Assembly (NCBI GenBank): GCA_021613535.1
Contig: CP075492.1
Span: 9,548,001-9,612,000 of the forward strand
Direction: 5' to 3'
Origin: Adineta vaga
Lineage: Eukaryota; Animalia; Rotifera
DNA: 64,000 bases
Under the pieces are notes generated by a model. The model saw nothing but the letters and a program-made list of their open reading frames with translations. It was not told the DNA's origin and ran no database searches. Of the stretch, positions 13,556 to 26,689 are shown one piece after another (positions within the stretch are counted from its first letter, which is position 1; each line of letters begins with the position of its first letter). Made by a program: the position numbers and the translations under genes.

Positions 13556-16500
13556 TTATAGTTGTGTACATGTAACCGATGATACACCATGTACAAATAG
13601 AACAGGTGGGAGATCATTTGATAGAATATCCAAAACACGCATGTAACGTTGTGAAAGTATTTTATCTTTCGGTGGTCGTGGTAAATATAAATACAAACAT
13701 GATGTATTATCACATTGTTGCCGAATTAATTCATTCACACCACGAATATAAGAATCATTGACATCAACAAATGAATTCGGAGATGTATTTGATGTCATTG
13801 TTGCAGATGACGATTGTTGTTCAACAGAAATTGTTGCAGCACTATCATTCGTTGATGGAGTTGTATTTAATAAACTTGTAACATTTTCCCAAGCGATCAT
13901 TCGTGTCTGAGCATTGATACGAAGTTGGCTAAGTAATTCATCTAAATGTTGTTGTGTACGTAATGCATTATCATTAATTGCATCAATACAAAGAAAAACA
14001 CGTAGAGTCGCACGAGTTTTCCATGGTTTAACCATGGCTAAAATCGTCGCTAATTGAAGCATATATAAACATGTGACGTCAAATTGTGTTGATGTTTCCG
14101 GAAAGATGAAGTTAATCTAAAAAAAAACGAGTTAAATTTGGAAGAAAAAAGAATAGAATCAAATATATGATATTAAGATTTGATAGAGAAAGAGCGGAAC
14201 TTACCGGCCAAATATCTACGAAAACTTTTCGTCTATTTGTTTCAATGTCATCCTTTTGTAATTGATGAAAGTTTCGAGCTAAACAAACACTTTTATTCAG
14301 ATAAAGTGCATCTTTGATTATTTGTACATAGGAATGAACATCAAGTTCTTTTTCTTCATTTTCTTGACGTAATTCTAAATAAACAACTTATAATATTGAA
14401 AAGAAAAGAAGCAAGAAAAAGTTCTACCTCCGAAATTAAATATTGGATACATATCATTTCCATTGATTGTAGTTAAACTATTAAATGAATTCAAAGTGAT
14501 CGTACTAGCACCTTCCATTGTACCGGATTGAATTGGTACTTGTTGATGAAATGCAGGCGTAGCTGTAGTATTGATTGGCGTACTTGATTTCAACCAACGT
14601 CTTTTGAAAAAGGAACGATTACGTAATTTATCCTCTGGCGTAGCACTGTCATAAAAACCAAGAATGACTGTATTTGGACGAAGACCACCTAGAACAAGAA
14701 CATAATTCTTACTTTAAAGGCTTTTCTAAACATGAGAAATTAGATATTCATTTCCCAAGTTAAGTTATTAATCTTCTAATCGAAATTTAATATATCATCT
14801 AGATAATCTCTTCTCAATGGAAATAGGAAAGAAACTATGAAGTGCAAATTCATATTCATTATCTAGAGTATGTAAATTAAAGAACTTTTTTTCTTTCTAT
14901 TACCTAATCCAGATAATCGCATTAATTGTAAAACGCCATCTCTAATTGTCGGTGCCAATGTCATATCAACAAATGCTTTAATTTTCATATTATCAATTAA
15001 TGAAACCCAAAAAGGATATTCTTGTGAACAGATATCATTAGATCCATTATCCATATGACCAGTTTTGACATGTCCTAAGATGAACAGACCACCTTTCTTC
15101 ATATCATTAACAAAATCGATTAAATTAATTGATGAACGTGGATTAGAAACCAATAATAACATTTGTGGTCGCCAAAATTTCACATGTTCCTTACGTGGAT
15201 CAAGCATGAGAAGATATTTTCGAACCTAGAAATGAAGTGAACCATTGAAAATAGAACAAGTCTAATTCAATTTAGAAAAAACAAGCAAAACCTGATGAAA
15301 AATAAGAGCTTGAGATATGGAACCCCATGAGGCCCGAGGAAAATCTCTCAAATGTAGCATACAAATAAAACCAATTAGAACTCCAATAGCAATCGATGCA
15401 AAAGCAGCTGATACGATAAAACACATGATAATCGATCCAACAGCACCAACTAAAGCAGTATGCCATGAAAAATATTTAAATGTCGGTCGAAAATTTGGTG
15501 CCGATGCTAAATCAAGTGCTAAACATGATAAATTTACAGCAAAATAAGCTAATAGAAAAAATATGGTCACAATTGGAGCAATTTTGTTCATCGATCCAAT
15601 CAATAGAGTTAACTAAATATGCATTGAATGAAGAAAACAAAAACCTTTCATTTCAAGTTCATTTACTTGTACAAGAATAAATGTGAATAAAACAGCAGCC
15701 CAAGGATTACCTCGACGTGTTGTTCCTCCACGAATCCAATGAAATAATGGACCTAGATACATATTGAGTATGTCTAATGCTATTCAAAGAAGATATTCTT
15801 ACCGAAAATTTCATCAATTGCTAATGCTTCTAAAATTCTTGATGCACCAACAAGTCCAGATAAACATGCTGAAAATGTTGCAGCAATTATACCGATAACA
15901 ACAAATGGTTCCCAAATATTAATGTCTTGTAAAAATAGATAATTATTTGTTAAAATGAATCTTCAAAAAAAAATCGAACAGATTGAAATTTATCTCGACA
16001 ATATTTATCGAAACAAACCTGCTAGTTGTACCAGCCATGAGTAATGCTTCAGTGATCAGAATAAAAAATACAAAGAGAAGAGCAGTTACAGATCCTGTAG
16101 GTATACTTCGACTTGGTCGTTTCAATTCACCTAAACAGAAAAAACATAGTTCATACATAACGAACTGAAAAGAATCGTCATCAACTGTATTTTCTTTTCT
16201 TATCTAAACTTCATACATCATTTTTTTTTCTTTTAGTTTTGATCTCATTCATATCTTACCAGACATATTTGCTCCAGCTAAAAGACCAGTTATACTCGAA
16301 AATAAAACACCAAAAACAGTTGCAAAATCCATTGTATCTCCCGTTGTGTAATCAATCGTATAATTAGAATATGTATTTTCACGCATTGTTGCTGAACTGA
16401 AACCAGTATAATTTCCATAGATTAAATCAGTTTTATTATATAATGATGATTGTTGTTCATAAATATAAGTATTCACTTTAGGAATTAACAATTGCATTGG

Positions 16501-17358
16501 ACTTTTCACGAAAAATGAAACAACAACCATCAAATAAACAAAGCTAACAAGTATAAAGATGAAAAATGTTGCCATGGAAAATAATGATGAACCTAAGAGA
16601 CAAGTAATAAGACTAATCATATTAATAATCGTTCCATATAAAATTCTCCACCAATGTGAATCTTCAAACGCATCAGCTTTACCTTAAAATATAAATAGAA
16701 TCATTTATAAATAATTTTGGAATGTTTTCTGCAACATACTTCCTGGTCCAAAACTGGCTACTAATGCTTCGACAAGAGCGGCAACACTCTGACCATTACC
16801 AATAACATTAGCAAAGAAGAAAAGTACACCGATGGAACCACCAAATTCAGGTCCTAGAGCTCGTGATATCATATGATAAACACCACCGCCTTCAATTGCT
16901 CCATTGGTTGCTAATGCACAAACACTTAATAACGTACAAAAAAGTATAATAAAACAAAGACCAAATTGTAATAAAGTTTGTAAAACTCCAGCATTGGCAA
17001 CAACAAAGCCCATACGCATAAATAATGAAATGGAAAACATTGATAATGCAATGGGACAAAAGACTCCAGGAATAGTACGTAATGTACGTTTCGCATTATT
17101 TGGTAAAAATTCGACTCCTTCACTAGTTGTTTCAATAATGGGTACATGTGAAGATGATGTATTAAGTGGATTGATAGTATGAAATGATGTTGATGATGCT
17201 CCTTGAGCCCCCGTTGATAAATCAAAACGTTCATAGGAAGATAAATGACGATTTAATATAGGAAAATCTTCACGTCGTGTCATTGTTGGACTTGCATCAT
17301 TATCATTTGAAAATAATGTACGTCGGAGTGTTGCTCGTACACGATTAAAGCCGTTCAT
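13556..17358 (-). CDS. SLC12A9: Solute carrier family 12 member 9 (CCC-interacting protein)
   Basis: [68 protein letters not shown]; C-terminus [17 protein letters not shown]. Confidence 0.92.
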
Positions 17359-17973
17359 CTAGAAAAGAAAAAACAACGGATACTATATGTTTTTCTTAAA
17401 AAAAGAATAAATCATGAAATATGTACGCCCACATGTTTTCATAAGAGATATACAAAGTTGTATGACAAATACAACTCGAGAATGATGAATAAATATGAAA
17501 AAAACTTTCGTTTCTTCTCGTCTTCGATCATGATCGGCACATGCAATATAATACGTTTCTTTTTCTTCTTTCTTTCAAGTCACTCATCGTCCCCAAGTCG
17601 ATGAATCAGTGGATTGAAAATGAATGGCTCAAATTTTCTTCGCCTCGTATATAGAATTCAAAAGAGGTCGCTCAAATCACTTCGTCTAGTACACCGCATA
17701 CATAAAACATATTCGTTTTCATTAAATAAATTGCTTCTAAATTCTCTTAATCAGCTTTTGTGTTAGTTGTACACATAATACACCTTCACGAATCATTAAC
17801 TTTGAACAAAAATATGACTCTTTATACTCATTGAATCATGTACAAACTAAAGGTTAATGAGAACTAGATAAAATATTGAGGACACTATTTTCGATAAAGA
17901 TATCTTTGTTTTTTCTTTATCCTTACCTGTTGTAATCAGTTTCTTCTTTTTGCAACGTTTCATTACATCGAAT

Positions 17974-19332
17974 ATGTTTAAGTCAAGATTCGTCGTTGTT
18001 TTCTGCGCATTAATTGTCGTTAGCTATTTAACTTTTAACTATAAATCTCTACGACTTGTCTTTCATCCCGATCGTTATCATGGTATAAAAATTCGTTGTA
18101 TTGTCTTGATTTTAAGATGATATTTCTTATCAATTTTAGGTCATTCTATTTCCAATGGCGTCTTTTTCGAAGGATGGTATTATAAATTAGTTTTTGAAGA
18201 ATTAAAAAGTACCATTATTGTCATTCCGGGTGTACATAGAAGTGATAATGATCGTTTTACATTTACTATGATTGCATACGATAATACATCGAATTTTTTT
18301 CGTTTACCATTTGAAGCATTTTCTTCATCTACCGATGAATTCTTGGTAACAATTAATGATGACAAAAATATATTTTCTTACGAAAAATTGATTGTTAATC
18401 TTCAACCATCATCAACGGATGATGCTACAGAAAGTTTTCAAATGAATTTAACTCTTTCTTCACATCATACCATACCAGATCTATCTTGGTTAATGCCAGG
18501 AACAATGGGCCCTTTTTCATGGATGCCAACAATGCAATGTAATCATCATGTATTGAGTTTACAATATGAAGTACAAGGTTCTATAACAATAAATCAAAAT
18601 AAAAGCATGCCTGTTCATGGTGTGGGTTATCTAGAAAAAGATTGGGGCTATTCATTTCCATCAGTATGGATATGGGGCCAGGGTAATCAATGGGAACATC
18701 TTCCATCAACAATCTCACCTCCAAGTTTATTCTTTTCTTTGGCATTGATTCCATGGTATTTCAATCTAGAATTACCAGGTTTCCTTGTTATCTTCGAATA
18801 TAACGATGAAGTTTATCGTTTCAACTCATATTTATTATCACTGATCGATGACTTAACAGTTGATGAAACAACAAATCATATTTCATTTGCTGTTTATGAT
18901 ATTTCATTTCAACATAAACTTCATATTAGTACATATTGTGAAAATTGTAAAAATACTCCAAGCGTATTATTATATGGTCCACGTGATGATCGAATGGATA
19001 AATTTGTTCGAGAAATTCTAGTACGAAATATTTATTTCAATGTTCGATTAACAAGATTAATTCAAAACTTAACAACAGATCAAAACAATGAAGATCTTCT
19101 GATTCAACATGGTTATTCTGAAGAGATGATTTTTCAAGGACGTGCAAAGAATGTAGCAGTCGAAATCAATGGTGATATTCCATCGTTAATCAAAACATAT
19201 CGTACTATATTTGAAAACTTTCATCCTTGGAATTATTCATTCGGAAGAAGTTTAATTCAATATTACAAATTGGTCTTAGCGAGTATTTTAGGTATAATTG
19301 TCATACGTTTCGTTTTAGTTAAATGTCGATGA
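17974..19332 (+). CDS. Tocopherol-cyclase-family protein, bacterial type, membrane anchored (HGT candidate)
   Basis: Exon 1 17974-18082, intron 18083-18139. Motifs FHPDRYHG..FFEGWYYKL..IVIPG, MGPFSWMPTMQCNHHVLSL, GYLEKDWGYSFPSVWIWGQGN, ALIPW; hydrophobic segments at both ends. Confidence 0.8.
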
Positions 19333-19600
19333 AGAATGATTTTATATTCTATTTTTAATTGAAAATCAAGTAAATTTGATTTATAACTTGAAGTCATTGT
19401 GAGAAGAACCATACCTGACTGAAATGAAAACATTGCGTTTTGAACAAGAAAAATCATCGAATCGTTCGTCTGTGATATCTATCTGAAAATATATTTTTTA
19501 ACTTTCTTAATTGAAATCTTTACGAAAATGAAAAGTAGCACTAGAGGGGTATGAACTGAAATGTCTGTCGAAGAAAAGTTTTTTGTTATGCAAATCGTAT

Positions 19601-21214
19601 CTATGAAGGTTTGTTGTCTACAGAATGTTCACAACATCGTAGTGGTTCGCATTCATTACTATTTGTAACACATTGATAATGACAACCTAATTTTTCAAAT
19701 TCATCCGTAGGCTAAATAAATAACATAAGATATTTCTATTCAAATTAAATTCAAATTTTACCAATGCAAATTCAGGTTGAATCGTCACATGATCAATATG
19801 AAGTGTTTGAAATATAAATGTAATATCTAAATATTTAGTTAGGATATCTTCAGTTGTATTAAATATGATATGAACAGTTGCTAATGTACGTTGTGGTGTT
19901 AAACGCCAGATATGTAATTCATGTATACTAGCAATGCCTGAAATCTAAATAAAAATCTTTGAAGTTTTTTTTTCTCTTATCATTTCATAAAGTTTTATAC
20001 GAACAGAATCACAAAGTATCTTTTCTACTTCAGTAGATTTTAGATTACACGGATTTGCTTGTAAAACAAGATGCATGACATGTCGCACTAAAGTAAATGA
20101 TTAAATTGAATCAAAAGTGTGAATTAATCATACTCGGAATAAAAATCATGAGCAAATAAGAAATAAAAAGAAAACAACAAATGATGGGATCAACAAGACG
20201 ACTGAATAAAATCAAAATATGTTGTTTATCTGATAACATCACTAGTAGAATACCACAAATCAAGATAGCTACTGGGCCAAGTAACATATTTAAAACTTGA
20301 AGATATGAATGATGAATTGATAATGTATCAGTAATAAGATCTACGAATGAATATAGTTCATAACTAACGAATTCTCAAATCAAATACATACGTGATTTCG
20401 ATAATAATTTCCTTGGTAATGGTTGTTTTAAACTTGATCTTCGTTGTTTCAGTTGTTCGTCTAATTTCATTGATCGTTTTATAACGATAACTACATCAAT
20501 CAAAGATATGATTCATGTAATAGCGAACTACTCTTCATACTTACATAGCATTGTAATACCTAATAAACAATTTGAAATCGTTGCATAAGCACCGATACCA
20601 AAAATGAAATGTGGACGATAAATAAGTGCTAAATAAGTTTTGTATATTGCTAGAAATGTGTGTGTGTGTTTTTGATAGAAAGGTTTTACCGTGATTATGA
20701 GCAGTTGGCAAACTTGTAGTATTCTTTTCTTGTTGTGGTATTAGAAAGACAACATCAATTAAATGTTTAATACTTTCAAGAAAAACCGAAATCGATAAGG
20801 ATATAAAACAAATAAAAGCCACTAATTCACCCACAACACCAACTGATAAAGAAAATTATTCGTGTCTATGATTTCCAAGACAAATAAACGTCTTACTTCG
20901 AGCTAATCCATATGTATGTCGAGAGGTAAATTTAGATTGAATCTATAAATTGACAAGTTAGATAGATTTTATTCATAATCTATAAAACAATATTATGTTA
21001 ACTTACTAATTTTGAGATTATTCGAACTGTACAAAGGATAGCTTGACATAGATGATAATAACCATCGAGAAGTAGTACCACTATTTGAATGTAAGTGATA
21101 ATATTTATAATTAATAATAAAAATCTACCTACCACTATGGCATGTATGATAACCAATTGTTTCAAGAATGAATAGAATAATATTATTAATTAATAAACAA
21201 CTAGCTAAAATCAT
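19601..21214 (-). CDS. SLC30/ZnT1-like cation diffusion facilitator, divergent
   Basis: HTYGLARIGVVGEL, VLQANP, IHELHIWRLT...ATVHI, HIDHVTIQPEF, Cys-rich tail CHYQC..CEPLRCC; ~8 exons. Confidence 0.8.
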
Positions 21215-22659
21215 GTTTTATTTCGTTTGTGAGTTCAAGTCTTTCTTTTTTGCTTTTCTGATAGGTTCAGACTATATATAAAAGTACATTTTTAATCTAT
21301 AACTGTCTTTTGCTTTTCGTTTACGATGACTAGCCATAAAATATGATGGTATATCAAACAATTTGTACAAATCACGTGTTTTTTTTTCTTTTTTTTTCGA
21401 TCGTCTGTGCAACCGTGAGACATTTTTTTTCCCTTCTTCATTCTGTACAAACAGAAAGTTTTTCTTTTTATTACTTTTTTTCTCCCGTTCATTTACCCAT
21501 CAAGGGTTAATGTAGAAAGATAACGTCAAATTACACTTCTTCGGTAAATCACTCAAGCGTTATTTCATTTTCCTTTGCATTAATAAATGTATGACATGAA
21601 TGGAATTTGTAAATGTTTATCAAGTCGAAAATGTCTATTGATTAGTTCTCGTCCTTCTTTTTTCATTTTATCTAAATGAAATATTTTCAATAATAACGTC
21701 GGTTTTTGTACTGATAACTCTCGAGTTATATCTCTACATACATAAGTGGAATTTCTTTTCATATTTTCTTCTAATAAGCAAATGATACTATCATGTTTCC
21801 TATTTCCACTTATTTCTCTGTCATTTATCTTCTCGAGAAACTAAACATCATCTGTTTCTTGCTTGATTTATTACCATAAGACGATCTGTCAGACTCTGAT
21901 TTATTAGTAAAAGAAATCTTTTTTTTTTATAACGAATCTATGAATGAAAGAGAAGGATATAAATACATATTCTTGACACTGTTGATTTTCAAATAAAAAA
22001 AGAAAAAAAAGAAACAAGTAGAAATTTTCATTCACATGTTCAATATTGCATGCTTGGAATATGTAGTACGAATAATTTTCAATGTTTTCCTTTGAGACAA
22101 CCGGTACTACGCAAATTTATTTCTTTTCCGATTAATTTTTTTTTGCTTCAACCTATATTTATTGTTTTCTTTTCGAGAATATATATATATAAGGTTTTTA
22201 TACAATAATTAGTGAATAATTTTATGCTATTGAACTCTTGTGAGGAAAGAAAGAATCTCATGATTATTATATTTATAGACAGCTAATGAGATGGCACTTG
22301 ATGTACGCTTTTATAATATTCTTTGACATGAACTTGATGATGAGAATTACTACAGAAAAAAGATTCGAGATTTTCTCGTAAACCAATAGAAAAAAAATGA
22401 GGCGCTAACAGCAAATTGACATCAATTTGTATATATAAAAGGATGAATTCAATAGATAATAAAATAAAATTCTTGTATCGATATAATACCTAATTAAGTT
22501 AAGATTAAATCAATAGGCGCTACAAGCAATGAAAACAATACGTTGATTCTATCGCCGATCGTCGTCGTTGTTGTTGTTCTGTCTTCCGTCCGTTCTGTTG
22601 TATAATGATATTCATAAGATCTCAATAAACATATATACATACATATCTTTTAGAAAATA

Positions 22660-23466
22660 ATGGTTCTCGTCGAAGACGTGTCAACAAATTCGGATCAATC
22701 TGCGACTAGAGATAATGAAGCATCAGCATCTGCATCTGCATCTTCATCTCGTCCTCAACCACCCCGTTCAACACCTTCATTTATGAATACTTTACTCGAA
22801 CGGAAAACGGATGCTGTTCTTTTATTATCACGTTTAGCGACAATCTTTTTTACGATCATGTTTATTCTGCCATTCTTTCGCTCGGAAGCAAATGTCTACT
22901 ATTCCAAAGCACTATTATCATCTGTTGTTACATCAGCACTACGTCTTCATCAACGAATACCTCGTTTCGAACTTTCACGAGAATTTCTTTTCCATTTATT
23001 TCGTGAAGATAGTGCACATTATTTAATGTATTCATTTTTATTCTTAAGTGGAATACCAATGACAATCGTATTGATTCCAATCGCAACTTATGCAGTTCTA
23101 CATTCATGTTCATTTTTATCACAAATTCTAACAAATTTTCCAGCAATACAGCAATTATGTACACGTGTTACTACAAATCAAATTAGTTTACTTCGATTTA
23201 TTGCCTTAAATGAAATTTTACTCATGCCCGTCTTGATCACTTCTATATTTGTTGCACGTTCGAATTTTCTTCTAATTTTTATGTATTATCGATTTCTTAC
23301 TTTACGTTATACATCTCAAAGAAATCCATATACTCGTACATCATTCACTGAAATTCGTCAAGCAGTGGAAGGTTTATGCAATAGACCAACATGTCCACCA
23401 GTTATTGCTCGTGTTTGTCACAATGCAATTGGTTTTATCAATCGATTAGCTCCCGCAATGGCTTAG
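22660..23466 (+). CDS. TMEM33: Transmembrane protein 33 / Pom33 family
   Basis: TSALRLHQR, EDSAHYLMYS, YYRFLTLRYTSQRNPYTR, PTCP, FINRLAP; intronless. Confidence 0.93.
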   Translation: MVLVEDVSTNSDQSATRDNEASASASASSSRPQPPRSTPSFMNTLLERKTDAVLLLSRLATIFFTIMFILPFFRSEANVYYSKALLSSVVTSALRLHQRIPRFELSREFLFHLFREDSAHYLMYSFLFLSGIPMTIVLIPIATYAVLHSCSFLSQILTNFPAIQQLCTRVTTNQISLLRFIALNEILLMPVLITSIFVARSNFLLIFMYYRFLTLRYTSQRNPYTRTSFTEIRQAVEGLCNRPTCPPVIARVCHNAIGFINRLAPAMA

Positions 23467-23672
23467 ACCCATATACAAAAGAAAAAGACACTGATTAAAA
23501 ATCGTTCCATTTCCTTCTCTTTTTTTACCGTTATTGTTCTACATGTTTTTTTTCTTGTTATTGTTGTTGTTCGTGAATTTCAAAACACTTTAAACTGAAA
23601 CTATTCATTTATCTATTTCTTTATTTTAGAAAAGAAAATGTAATTGCCATGGTTGCTTCCTGTTATCATTGA

Positions 23673-26600
23673 ATGGCCGCTCGTGTTCGAGCGTCTTTTA
23701 CTGATGATGACTCGTTAAGTGACCACTTAACTCTCGAAATGGTTCGCATAAGTGCACCACAAGTAACAACTCCTACAACTCATAATGATCCTGACGAACG
23801 ATTAACATTGAATGATTCAACAGCAACAACTGCTGGCAGTACACCAGGTACAACTGATCTTCTTGCAACAAGTAATCCTGGTCTTATCGAAGGTATCAAT
23901 CGAGAATGTGAAATCCCAAATTTATTTACATACAAAAAAGTAAATTCATTCCTACCGAACTATCAAATCTTCTATAGAATTTAATTCTTAGATAGAATCA
24001 TTACTTGAACGAATGCAAGATGATAATAATGGTTTACCTATAAAATCCGTGAAAAGTTTCATGTCCAAAATTCCGAGCGTTCTCACAGGTGGAGATCTAA
24101 TACAATGGATTCTAAAAACGCTGGATGTCGATGATACAGGTTTAGATAAATCTTCTTTTTTTCTATTCAATTTATTAATATATAAAATATTTTTAGCGGA
24201 AGCACTGCATCTAGCCAATCTGATATCGTCCCATGGCTATGTAAGATTTTGTTTTAATTGATAATGAAATTCATAGAGATTTTAATATTTAGATTCTACC
24301 CATTGAAGACCATGTATTAACCGTAAAAAATGATGGAACATTTTATCGCTTTCAGGTATAAAAAGATATCTATTGTATTATATTTTCTCGTTTATTTTCT
24401 TAGACGCCTTATTTTTGGCCATCAAATCATGGTGATGCAGATAATATTGATTATGGTAAGGTTAAGTTATGAAGAAAGAACTTTTGTTAAGATTAATATT
24501 CAATATTTAGCTGTGTACTTATGTAAACGAACCATGCAAAATAAAACTCGATTAGAATTAGCTGATTATGAAGCAGAGAATTTAGCACGACTACAGAAAT
24601 TATTTGCTCGAAAATGGGAATTTATCTATATGCAAGCTGAAGCTCAAATCAAGTAGAATTGAAAAAAATCTTTTGTTCAATGAATATTTTCATTGATTTG
24701 AAATTCTTCTTTTAGAATTGATAAGAAACGAGATAAATTTGAGCGCAATGTCCTTGATTCTCAAGAACGTGCCTTTTGGGATGTTCATAGACCTGCACCT
24801 GGTTGTATCAATACTACCGAACAGGATATTAAGAAATTAATGCGAAGAAAAACATCCTATATTACTCCACGTTTATTAATTGAAGCTTATAGAAAAGCAA
24901 CAACAATATCAACGACTAATACAGCTCCAGCATCAGCATTAGCATTTGCTGCAAATCGTAATTTAATTACTATGACTGTTGGCCTATTAACAACTGGACC
25001 AGTAGCAGCACCTCCTAGTCCTACTCTAGCACATAGTCCACCACAAATTCGAGCATCATTATTACGTGATTGTGATGAAAATCTATTAACTGAACAATTA
25101 TTAGAAGAAATCGAGTTTCTTAAACATCGAATTGACAGACGATGTTTAAAAACATCAAAGATTTGTGAAACATTTGTTTCCTATTTTGAACAATATGCTG
25201 AATTCGATCCATTTCTTACATTATGTGAACCATCAAATCCATGTAAGAAAAACAATGTTTGATTCTTTTAAATAACAAAAAAAATCGTTTTGTCACTCTA
25301 GGGATAACTGATTCAACGGATCTATGGGAATTAGAAAAGGCTGGTAATCCTAAAGATATATCATCTCGACGTGTAAAACGTTGGGGATTTTCAATCAATG
25401 AATTACTTAAAGATCCAATTGGTCGAGATTATTTTTGGAAATTTCTTGATAAAGAATATTCAAGTGAAAATCTTCGTTTCTTCGAAGCATGTATACATTT
25501 ACGTTTTCATACACCACAAAAAGATGTTCTTAATCGTGTTAAAGAAATTTACAATGAATTTCTTTCACCAGGTAAAACTAACATTCAATAAGAATGGAAA
25601 TATGTACACTTTATTTTTTTCGTTTGATTAGGTGCTTATTATTCTATTAATATTGATCAACGTGTCATGAATTTAACCAAAAATAATATGACTAATCTCC
25701 CTAATCGATATACATTTGATGAAGCTCAGGTTTGATAGATTTAACGAATTTAAAATTCATTCCATTATTTTCTTTTTCTTAGGATCATATTTTTAATTTA
25801 ATGAATCGTGATACATATGCTCGATTTTTACGTTCAGAAGCCTATAAAGAATTATTAGCAGGTGGAAAAAAGAAAGTAAGTTTCGTATTTAAAATCTAAT
25901 CTAATTTCGATCTATCTAATGATTTCTATTTTGTTGGTCAAACATGTCTAAAATTAATTTTGGCAAGAAATTAAAATGAATGTAATAGTGAGAATAGTTT
26001 GTTCTAGTGATTTTGTGTGCATTTTTTGACACATTTCTTTTCTTTTTTCTTCCTCCATTACTTTTGTTTTGTTTGTTGTTATTATTATTTTGATTTTAGC
26101 TATCCAAAAAATACTGATGAGCGAACGCACTTGTAATAAAGCATTACATACATACATACATACATATATATATATATTTATTTATTTAATCTATTATTTT
26201 ATTCTCTGTCTGCCTATTCCCATATATTCCCCTGCACTTCAGGACAATTTTTTTTTTCAACATAAAAAAAACCGAAATAGTGATCGATAGATAAATAACA
26301 TTTGTTGTGTATTACCTCAAACCTTCATTTATTACAAAGATATTATGCTTGAATGGGATAGAAAAAAAAGCCTGATTAAAAAATGCTTGTAATCATTTTA
26401 TTCAGCTATTTATAGCAGATGTCTTTTGTCCTGTTGTTTGCTTTATTCAATTATTTCATTTATCTAATTTTAGTATACTTTTTTTTAAATTTCTTTTTCC
26501 AATTTCTTTCGAAGTGTTTTATCTTCAATAATGTATCTTTTTGTTCTTGTATTATTCTAGCTTGGAATTAAATCTGGACGACTTTCAATTGTTGTACGAA

Positions 26601-26689
26601 ATCCAACAGAAAGTTTTTCAATTAGTGGTAGTACAATACTCTCCGGTGGTGGTACTGACAAGCATCTACTAGGAACTAGTCTTCGTTAA
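23673..26689 (+). CDS. RGS7: R7-family RGS protein (DEP-DHEX-GGL-RGS), RGS7/EGL-10-like
   Basis: [93 protein letters not shown]; last exon taken as 26561-26689. Confidence 0.92.
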
